This document shows positions 52,863-64,000 of a DNA stretch of 64,000 bases, piece by piece. Each line of letters begins with the position of its first letter. The stretch's first letter is position 1. The stretch is from the human T2T-CHM13v2.0 reference genome, Homo sapiens: assembly GCF_009914755.1 (NCBI RefSeq), contig NC_060929.1; one strand, 5' to 3'. A program made the translations under genes and the position numbers. The notes under the pieces were generated by a model. It had not been told where the DNA came from. It worked only from the letters and a program-made list of their open reading frames with translations, and did no database searches.

Positions 52863-54083
52863 TCATCTTTCTCCCTCTTAAGCCATTACAAGGCAAAAGT
52901 ACTTTTTCAGGTCAAAAATAAGTCTAGGATTATGAAAATGTTCTAAAATTACATAGTGGTAAGAATGGCACAACCTTGTGAAAATCCTAAAAAAAAAAAA
53001 ACACACAAAAAACCCACTGGGTTGTATACTTTAAAAGGGTAAATTTTATGTTGTGTGAATTATATTTCAATAGCATATATCTCAAAAAATACATTTTAAG
53101 TTGACTAAGTTCTATCCATCTTGCTGTTTGCTGTTCTATTGCTTTACCTATAGCAAGAACTAATACTCACAGTTACTCCTTCTCTAACTTCATCCAATTC
53201 AACTCTCTCCTGAGTTGGAATAAGATTATTGAATCCAAAAGTATCAAATTCTAGAAAGATTAAAGAAGAAGCAGATAAGCAATAATATAGTGTGTCTTGG
53301 AACTCCAGGGAGGTTTCAGCTAACTGACGCTTTCAGACCCAGGATCAAACTCAGTCATGCTCTAGCAGACCTTCTCATTGGGCTCTACGTAATTTAGAAT
53401 AATCCCCAAGTAAATGAAACACATATTTGAAAATGTCTTGGGAAGGTATATGGAAAAGTTTGAATGGTACATGGTAGTAAATATACTGAAGGAGGAAAAA
53501 GATACAGTTACCTATCAGCTGCAGCCATACCCCAAAATAAGCAAGTGAAAGTCCTATGTAGCCAGGAAGAATCTCAGGTGGGTTTAATGACACCAAATCA
53601 TCAAGAAGATACAAGGAGGAAGAGAAGGAGAGGGAGAGGGAGGAGGAGGAGAAAAGGAGCCCAGGAGTTCTTTATCTGAGACCACAGACTTAAATCACAT
53701 AGACTCAACTGGTAGGCTTTATTCTGACAACAGAACCTGAGCATAGATGGGAATGTTGATGCAAGTATCCCAGGGATGGCGGGGAGGGAGAGATAAATAT
53801 GATGTAGATAAGAGGTTTAGAAAACTTATTGCTATACACCTCAAAAATCTATACGTAGAATATGTGTGGTAATTTGGAGCAAGCTCTCCCAGCTTCATGT
53901 GTCTGGCATCAACTTGGTTAGAAGGAAGAAAATATTACAAATATGTAGGGAGCATAACAACAGAGAAGGTGCAGTGACAGACAACACTGAAAACTGAACC
54001 CTTGGACTGCCATCCATGTTGGGGTATCCACAGTAAAACAACCAACCAGTTACCCTGGCTGTCTCCCTTATCTGTCTACTCAC

Positions 54084-54129
54084 CTTAGGGAAAATTCAAA
54101 ACTGATGTTGAGGAAAATGGTATTTGTAT
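54084..54129 (-). other. Candidate short exon
   Basis: Consensus donor AAG|gtgagt at 54084/54083; acceptor ambiguous (54129 or 54153). Confidence 0.25.
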
Positions 54130-55249
54130 CTATTAAAACTACTTTTATTCACTCTGAAAAGTGCCTTTATTCTTCAGAAAATCTCATAACATTTATTAAT
54201 CCTCCCACACTGCTGTCATAAAAGACAAGCCTGAGACGAGCTTTTTTTTTTTTTTTTTTTTTGCTTTGAGTTTGCATTTCAAAGAATATGATGATGGAAA
54301 GGAGATTTTAAGAATTTACAATGAACTCGGTAAGTTATTTACTGCTGAACTTTTCCTTCACTCTCACCAAGGGAGCACATTTATTATGTTTTCTCTGTGC
54401 ATTTACATTTCTGAGAAGCCTCCAGAAATGGAAGTGGAGAATTAGTATATTTACTCTGCAGCCAGGAAGACTCTTCATTTTTCAAAAGCTCATAATACCA
54501 ATGGAATACTTGAGTCAAATGTATTTCTTGGCTAGAGGTTGTGTCAGTCTAGCTTGATTTTTCAAACTGTGATCAATCCATTTCCACATTGCTCCTTCAG
54601 CTGGAGCAATTGCTCATTGTACTTTGCCCCTGAAATCTCCGAAAACATAGGTTACAAATTTTCTAGTTTTAGATGGGGTGGGAAAACTCTTTGATGTTTT
54701 TGAGGTGAAAATTACCCATCAAAGAAGTGGAGTTAAGTATATACTCCAGAAAAAAATTATATCCTAGTAAAAAATTATATCCTTTTTAGAAAAACAAAAA
54801 CCAAAGTTCCTGTAATTTAATGAACACATTTTATTTATTTCAAACTAATTTTATCCCAGTCTCTCATAAATCCAAGGAAATGTTAAGACAATCAAACCAA
54901 AATTATCAGTAGGTTTATCACCCAAGTTGTGACTTACCCAAAACAAATTAGGAAACCCCAAATTGCTTCTGCATACAATATTTCTGCCCTATTCCACCTC
55001 CCCACCCAAAAAGAAAAGCTCACACACATGGTGTCAATTTGTTAGTCTTTCTGGATTGTAATAAAGCTTCATACAGTAAAATCCTATTATGGGATAACTT
55101 GCTGTCCTACAGATTTGAGGGACAACATGAAATATATAAGTCATTTCTTTCCCAAACACAAGTAGTTGGGTTTTAATGCAATTAGCCTAAGCTGTAAACT
55201 GTCAGGAAAATAAAATAATAATCAGTTTCTCAAATAGGTTATCCAAAAG

Positions 55250-55465
55250 CAGGATTTCTCAACCTTGGCACTATTAACATTTGGGGCCAGATAATGCTAC
55301 ATTGTGGGGGCTGTCCCGTGCATGGTGGGATGTTTAGCAGCATCCTTGGCTCCCACCCACTAGATGCCAATAAAACCTCCTCAAGTTGTGATAACCAAAA
55401 ATGCATTCAGACATTACTATAAATCCTCCAAAGAGCAAAATCACCCTCTGTTCAGAAGCAGTGAT
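55250..55465 (-). mobile_element. MER20
   Basis: tttctcaaccttggcactatt..., gatgtttagcagcatcc, cactagatgcca. Confidence 0.85.
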
Positions 55466-55692
55466 CTAAAGTAATTCAAATATTAGGTCATTGATTAGGA
55501 TCATCAACCCTACTGCTCTTCTTCCTTTGCCTACATGAATAACTGGAAGTACATTTTCTCATAGAGTAGTTTAAGTGTTAAAGTATATTTTTGCAAAATG
55601 GGTTCCTAGACCTACGCAGAGCCCAATTCCACACCCAATGGCAATTTCACAGGGCAAACACCTTCTAGATTGACGGTAAAATTGCTTTGCTC

Positions 55693-56006
<314 letters not shown>

Positions 56007-56335
56007 TCAGTAATTCTTTCCTTTTCTCATGTAAGCCCACCTTTTCTATCAGGACAATTAACAAGCCTTTCTCCCTGTGATGCCTTTCAGAACCTTGGGC
56101 ACCTCTTGCAAATCTCACCCCATACTGTTTCTTGGGCCAACACTGGTTGCCTTACTTTGTAAGCTGTACAGTTCCCCTCAGTTGATTAATATTCAAATTT
56201 TCTTGGGAGACAGTTTTTCAGTAAAGGGTCTATTAGACACATCATGTGTTACAGTTTAGAGTTTTCTTTTGGTTAGTTTGGTGCTTTTGTAAAATATCTG
56301 TATCCTTTTCATTCATGATATACATGTATATATAT

Positions 56336-56788
56336 GTTATCAACCTAATAAAACAACAGAGAGAGTGGCTCTAAAATTAGCTTATTCAGGAATAAATGAC
56401 AAATTGCAATCCAGGAATACACATGCCATGGTGAACCATGGAGGGAGCACAGACCTCTAAGGAGGCAAAGGACGGCAACGGTTTTCAAAGGCAAAATGAG
56501 GAAGGTTAGGTACATTATTTTGAAATAATTATCTTTGGCTACAGGGATCAATAACAAGGGTGGCATCAGTTCAAGGCTGACTAGACAGTTGTTGGGCAGA
56601 TGCACTTCCAGAAGTAGTCGTTGTATAAAGTTGCAGTGGCCTTTGTGCAAGGTTGTGATTTTCAGAGAGTCTTTCTAATAGTTTTCATCATAGGAATGTG
56701 TGTGTGAGAGCCCCTCCTTTATGGCCTTCTGACTTCATTTTGTTAGGGTTTGGCATAAGTGACTTCATTTTGATTCTAACGACTTTCA
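56336..56788 (-). mobile_element. MER31-like ERV1 LTR
   Basis: Ends gtgacttcattttgattctaacgactttca; ggctacagggatcaataacaagggtgg. Confidence 0.72.
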
Positions 56789-56813
56789 TTGTGTGCGTGT
56801 GTGTGTGTGTGTG
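56789..56813. repeat. (TG)n microsatellite
   Basis: Directly visible. Confidence 0.9.
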
Positions 56814-56988
56814 AATATATATCCTGAGATTGCAAAAAGATGTTTTTCTCAGATCTCCCTAAGCCTTTTTTTAACCTTTTTAGCTATTCCTTTCTTTTTT
56901 TCTTACAAATAACTGCAATCTATACTAGTACTTTTTCTGAATTTCAGTTTTGCTATGATTATTTTTTTGTTTTCCCTTTCACTAGAAT

Positions 56989-57070
56989 TGTCAGAGGTGT
57001 GTAAACCAGAGCAACTCCATCTTGAATAGGGGCTGGGTAAAAAAGGCTGAAATGTACTGGACTGCATCCC
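56989..57070 (+). mobile_element. MER41-type LTR 5' fragment
   Basis: tgtcagagg...accagagcaactccatcttgaataggggctgggtaaa. Confidence 0.8.
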
Positions 57071-57190
57071 TGTCTCTACTGAAAATACAAAAATTAGCTG
57101 GCATGGTGGTGGGTCCCTGTAATCCCAGCTACTCAGGAGGCTGAGGCATGAGAATCACTTGAACCCGGGAGGCAGAGGTTTCAGTGAGCC
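57070..57190 (+). mobile_element. Internal Alu fragment
   Basis: tctctactgaaaatacaaaaattagc...gcagaggtttcagtgagc. Confidence 0.85.
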
Positions 57191-57618
57191 TGTTTCCCAC
57201 CCCTCTGTTTCAAGCTCAGTGTATGCTCCTTGGCTCTGCTTAAGCATGTGTGTCAATGGCTCTCAAGCATACCCCCATCTTTCAGTGTTTCAGAGTCCAC
57301 AGGGGCGAAAAAGGGGTCATTCTACTGTGACACAAGAGAGCTGTATGTAGGGCAACTGCCCTCTGTCAGCTGCCAGGGGACCTGTTAGCCATGGGAAGCA
57401 ATATATACTATTGGAGCTGATCTTGCTCAATGTCTTCTCTGTGTGAGTAAAAGCACTGTCCCATCCAGTGCTTGACTGTGTTGTTTTCCTTGGTGATTCC
57501 AATGCCAAGTTGGACTTCTCTTCCTGGTGGTTGACACGGTGATGATCTTTGCTATCCTTCATGTAGTTGGTGTCCTCCCTGGCATTAGTAACTAGTGCAT
57601 GGTGTTGTGCTCTGTACA
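57190..57618 (+). mobile_element. 3' part of an ERVL-class LTR, same family as 13967-14549
   Basis: Shared gagctgatctt...tctctgtgtgagt...ccatccagt...ttccttggtga. Confidence 0.7.
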
Positions 57619-58065
57619 AAATGAAAGAAGGAATCCTGGGGTGTGATTCAGCTGAAAGAATATGTCCAACATGGATGATCTAGAACTTCAAGGTTTATCT
57701 TCAAACAAACATACAGGTGTAGGGAAATAGGGCTTAAAGGAACCCTAGCAGCAGAGCTGTTATCAAACCTGGTCAGAAGAGATGAGGGAAGAAGGGTACT
57801 AGAACCCAAAAGGAGAAAGAGTTCAATAGAGAAGGCCAGCTTGAGAGATGCAAGGATCTTAATTGAAGGAAACAGCCCTTGTAGTGAAGAAGCCAGGAGA
57901 ATATCAGCCTAACCTCAAACTTTTTCTCCCATCCCCAGATGGGTGTTCTTCACACCCTACTGGAAGCCAGAGAGCCTAGGAACCCTGTTTAATTAATCAT
58001 ACTACAGATCAGCCTCCTAGGCTGATCCACAAGATGAATCTCTAGGAGAAAACAGAAGACATTGG

Positions 58066-58160
58066 TATATATATATATGATATATATATCAGATATATAT
58101 CATATATATCTGATATATATATCATATATGTATCTATATATATATCATTTATATATATAT
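58066..58160. repeat. AT-rich repeat containing a perfect 28-bp-arm palindrome
   Basis: 58073-58100 is the exact reverse complement of 58102-58129. Confidence 0.92.
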
Positions 58161-58199
58161 CCTAGTTGGCCTCCTTGCTTTTAACCTTCTTCCACCCCC

Positions 58200-59130
<931 letters not shown>

Positions 59131-59965
59131 CTAGTCAAAAGGGTCATCTTTAGTAACCCACCTTCATCTTTAATCAATCATTTATTGATGTTACTAATTT
59201 CTTAACGAGGTGCCTCTGTCACCATTGTGGTACTGATATTAAGTAGTCATCTGTTTAAAACTAACAAAGATTCATTAGAAGTCATGGTGCCCTGGAAATT
59301 CTCAAAGACTGGAAAATGTAATACAGTTCTACAGGGGGTGTTTTTTGAGGGAAAGACTGAGTAAACCTAAGACTTCTGCTTGAGCATTAAAGAAGAAATA
59401 GAAGCAAGTCTCAGAAACATTGATCTTCAGTGAACCTCCTAAGAAAAAGAACAGAGGAATATTCTCAGGCTCAGAATACCTACCTGAGAACACAGAAATA
59501 GTGTATATATTCTTTGGTTATTGTGAAAGCCCAGCCTCACACTAAACCACAATCACATTGTCAGGAAAAGGCTTTTATCATTCCTCTGACTCACAAAAAA
59601 AAAAAAAGCGTGCAAAGGGGAAAAGGAAGTCTTCTTTCTACTGCAGTATAGAAAACCAATTATAGAAAGTTGTGTAATTAGAGCTTCTACAGAGTCAACT
59701 TGTTTGGCCAACAATCACATAGATCCTAAGCAGTGGATGGTGATGAAAATTTGGCCAAGGGGAAATATCTTAACCATGTACACAACTAACTGATTAGTAG
59801 TAGAATGAAGGTCTTCAGACAAATTCTCCATTTCACTTTTTAACCACATCACAATAAAACAATCTTAAAATAAAATGAATAACTTCTTAATATTTCATCA
59901 TGCTTACTCCATACAAATGTACAAGCCTACATGGTACATATTGTCAATAAAGAGGATACAGAGTT

Positions 59966-60258
<293 letters not shown>

Positions 60259-60884
60259 AGGATACAGAATAAATCAGTTTTCCTCTCACTTCCATTACGT
60301 ATAGAAAGTTATTTAATAGACCCTTTAAGTATTCTGTTGACTTGTTTGTGTGCCAATCTGGGCAGATAAACTCTTAGCTCCGAACCCCAAGGTAATCCTA
60401 ATTATGCCAAGCCTTTGAATACCTCTAAGAATGTGGCATCCCATACTGCAGCTGACAGTTCTAATGATAACCATCCAATACAGGTCAGTGAATATTTTTC
60501 AAAGCCTCTTGACCCAGTGCAGAGGAATGCTTAGTGCCTTCAAGGCAGAGGCATTTCCCAAAAGTCTGGAAAGAAAACTGGAAACCTTTGGTTTTCCATT
60601 TATTCCAGACAATGAAAGCAAATCCTGAAATCTTTTTATCTCTCTGCAAATGTCTACAATATTCACAACATATTCAGAGACTTGAGATTCATAAGGATGT
60701 AGGACTACATATACCCTTTGGGCACTCCAACAGAAATTTCCTGACTAACTTTCCCAGCCTCGAATTTCTTCCAGAGGGAGAGATGATCTCTTCTTCCTGA
60801 CTTGATTACAGTCCAGTGTAAGCATTTGGGAAGAACATAATGCCATTCCTAAAGTTTTCAGTGGTCAAAAGTCAGCTTGTCCCA

Positions 60885-62660
60885 GCTCTTCATTCATTCT
60901 CCATTTACTAAATCATTAATTCAGTTGGCTAGTCAGCAGGCACTTACTGAGAGCTGCTTTATCTGAATGAGGTTAGGGATATAGAAAATAATGGGCAGCC
61001 TCCATTTAAATAGGAGAATTATAAACATCACACATGCAGCAAGGCCATAGAGAAGCATAGACATTGCTGTTGGTGCAGCCAATAGAGAGATCGCTACAAA
61101 TGGAGTAGACAAGGAAGATTTTATTGAAGAAAAAAAAAAGATACCAGGGCTTAGCTTGGACAGGTGATAAATGCATGGATACAGAGAAAAAACAAAACAG
61201 ATAAATAAAGTATGGAAGTGTACTAAGGCATGAATGCACTGCTAAACCTACTGCAGAGGGTCCTGATAAGGGTGTAATGGAAGACAGCATTGGAAATGTG
61301 TGCTAGAACCAGACTGTCGAAATCCTTGAATGCCAATTTGGGCTTAATCTTCTAAATAACAGAGAAGTTCTAATGTTCTTGAGTAGAAGAATAATAGAAT
61401 TATAACATATTAGAACTAAGGTTCTCAAAAATATTAAAAATAAAAAATAGAACTAACCACATGATTAAGCAATCCCATTTCTGGCTATATATCCAAAGAA
61501 ATGAAATCAGTATGTGGAAGAGATATATGTACTCCCATATTTATTGCAGCATTATTTACAGCAGCCAAAATATGGAATCAATCTGTGTCCATTACCAGAT
61601 GAATGGATTTTAAAAAATGTGCTATATATGTACACAATTGAATAGTATTCAGCCTTACAAAAGAAGAAAATCATGTCACTTATAACAACATGGATGAACC
61701 TGGAGGACAATATGCTAAGTGAAATAAGCCAGGCACAGAAAAACAAATACTGCATGAACTCACTTATATGTAAAATCTAAAAAAGTTGAACTCATAGAAG
61801 CAGTGTGGGATGGTGTACCAGGGGCTGCAGGGAGGAGGGGAGTGGGGAGATGTTAGTCAAAGGATACAAAATTTCAATTAGATAGGAAGAATAAGTTCAC
61901 GAAATCTATTGTACAACTTGGTGACTGTAGTTAATAACAAGTATTGTAGTCTTGGAAATTGCTAAAACATATTTTAACTGTTCTCATCACAAAAAAAAAA
62001 GGTGATAAGTATGTGAGGTAATGCATATGTTAATTAGCTCAATTCAGTCATTCCACAAATTATACATATTTCAAAACAACATGTTGTGCATGATAAATAT
62101 ATACAATTTTTTGTCAGTTAAAATCTTTTAAACAAAAAAATCAACTGGAATTGCACAATATTAAACGTAATAATATCTTTGAACTGGAAATGCCTTTAGA
62201 GATCTAAGTAGCACCTTTCAAAGACGAATATGGAAATAATGCCTGGCTAGATTAGAAGACAGAGAGTCTAGGGGTGAGAAGCTAAGTGACAGATGATAAG
62301 GGTTTAAACTTAGAGTGATGACTTCAGAAGTCAAGAGGAAGAGTCTAATATGGGAGATGTTATGAAGTACGAACTGACAGACTGATCACGATGTAAAAGG
62401 AAGAGAGAGGAATCTACAGTAACATCAGTTTCAACCCTTGGTGAACACAGCGATGATAGTACTCACCATTTTAAAAAAAAAAAAAGTCTTTTTGTGAGTA
62501 GGGGTGTAATGATGACAGTTTATGGTCAAGTTCAGCTGAGGTGAACAGAGGATCCAAGTGCATTTCCACCAAGTGGTTGGAGATTTATGACTAGGATTCA
62601 GAAGTGTTCAAAGCTAAGGATGTGGATTTGGAAGTCATTTGTATAGAGGAAGTTTCTGCC
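60885..62660 (+). mobile_element. Sequence of L2 origin (appears as the antisense L2 pattern) flanking an L1MA
   Basis: ttcattcatt..cacttactgag start, ccttgaatgcca, gtggatttggaagtcat. Confidence 0.45.
61420..62130 (+). mobile_element. L1MA 3' end
   Basis: acatggatgaacctggaggac, gtatgtgaggtaatgcatatgttaattagctc. Confidence 0.85.
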
Positions 62661-63467
62661 AATATTGAAACTATGGTCCTACAACAGCTTCTGGCTTCTG
62701 AGAAGTCACAGATATTGTGTCTCTTTTATGTGGACACACAAGAAAATCATGCCCTATGTTTTTGTTATCCCAAGAGAGAGAAGAGTAGGCTGAGCATACT
62801 CCACAACTAGTATTTTTCATCAAAGAACACAATAAATATAATAAAGTCGATCTGTGTAATGTAAAACAATAAGGACTTCTTCTTATTTGTCTTTGCATTT
62901 CCCATGGCTTGCACATAGTAATTGGTTCCCAAAATACTTGTTGATTGAATTCAGATGAAAGCTAGCTTTTAAGATAATTAACATAACTAAAATAGTTATT
63001 GAGAACAGTTTACAATGCTCAGTTTTTATCCTATGTAAGTACTGTTGGGAAATAGTAGAAAGCCCAAAGAAACTGGAAAAGGTTGGGTTGTGTATTTCTC
63101 AAAATGGAAGGAAAAAGATGAAAATTCTTCCTTTTGTACCCTAATTAATCATTAGCAAAAATTTTGAAACCAAAATATCAACTTTTAATCATTATCATCA
63201 TTGTTAATCTTCCCAAGCAGTACTTAGATTTGTGCCATAAAATTTAACATCTGCTTATATATTCTTTTCTTTATCCTCAAAATTATAGAAACAAAATTTT
63301 AGAACTGGAAAAACCTCACTGCATGATAAAAATTTAGGATGCTAATAGTTGTTCAACATCCGGTATATCTTAGCTCCTGGCCTGAAACTGCACATTTGTG
63401 AAGTCTATATTCCTTGCTTGTTTGAAATCTTCCAGGTTAGCAGAATGTTCAGTACATGGTTTTACTG

Positions 63468-63695
63468 AAGCCTCAAACTCCTGGGCTCAAGCAGTCCTCC
63501 CACCTCAGCCTCCTGAATAGCTGAGACTACAGGCACATGCCACCATGCCAGACTATTTTATTTTTTATTTTTTGTAGGGACAGGGGTCTTTCCATATTGC
63601 CCAGGCTGATCTCAAACTCCTGCTCTCAAGCAATCATCCCACCTCAGCCCCCAAAAGCACCAGGATTACAGGCATGGGCCACCACACCTAGCCCA
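63468..63695 (-). mobile_element. Partial AluJ
   Basis: Antisense Alu missing its tail. Confidence 0.82.
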
Positions 63696-63751
63696 ATACA
63701 ATGATATTTAACAAGCACTTTTTGATTTGTACACAGGTCTGCCAAGCAAGA

Positions 63752-64000
63752 ATTTTATTTTATTTTATTTTATTTTATTTTTATTTTTAGACAGAGTCTC
63801 ACTCTGTCACCCAGGCTGAAATGCAGTGGCACCGTCTTGGCTCATTGTAACCTCCACCTCTCAAGTTCAAACAATTCTCATGCCTCAGCCTCCCCAGTAG
63901 CTGGGATTACAGGTGCGCGACCACGCCAACCTAACTTTTGTATTTTTAATAAAGATAGCATTTCACCATGTTGGCCAGGCAAAAGTGATCTGCCTGCCTT
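63752..64000 (-). mobile_element. AluS with (ATTTT)n tail, runs off the window
   Basis: Directly visible. Confidence 0.88.

Noticed and set aside
53464-53679. ORF ending in an Arg/Gly-rich tail
   Set aside because: The tail is a translation of a (GAG/AGG)n low-complexity tract.
60431-60800. Short ORFs in unique DNA with a possible plus-strand acceptor near 60608
   Set aside because: No recognisable protein, no convincing donor and no supporting neighbouring exons.

Overview
Primate, almost certainly human, non-coding genomic DNA; a full-length AluYa5 is the best species clue. Most of the window is interspersed repeats. These include a full-length but mutated L1PA3/4 (42150-48315), a 5'-inverted young L1PA2, several truncated L1PA/L1M copies, about 20 Alus, THE1C/THE1D/MSTA/MSTB/MLT1 MaLR elements, an LTR33-ERVL gag remnant, MER31/MER41 LTRs and DNA-transposon relics (MER47A x2, Tigger3a, MER20, MER94). 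All long ORFs in the track are L1 ORF1/ORF2, MaLR/ERVL or Alu translations. I recognise no intact cellular gene and found no convincing new biological system. The main unexplained signals are: (1) an ancient inverted duplication of an L1MB-L1MB-ERVL junction block about 22 kb apart; (2) a phase-compatible set of minus-strand candidate exons, including a 209-nt exon that looks like a 1-bp-frameshifted 210-nt coding exon (possible pseudogene or lncRNA); (3) several templated-insertion repair scars, one copied from about 2.1 kb away. Subfamily calls are from memory of consensus sequences, and boundaries of old elements are approximate.
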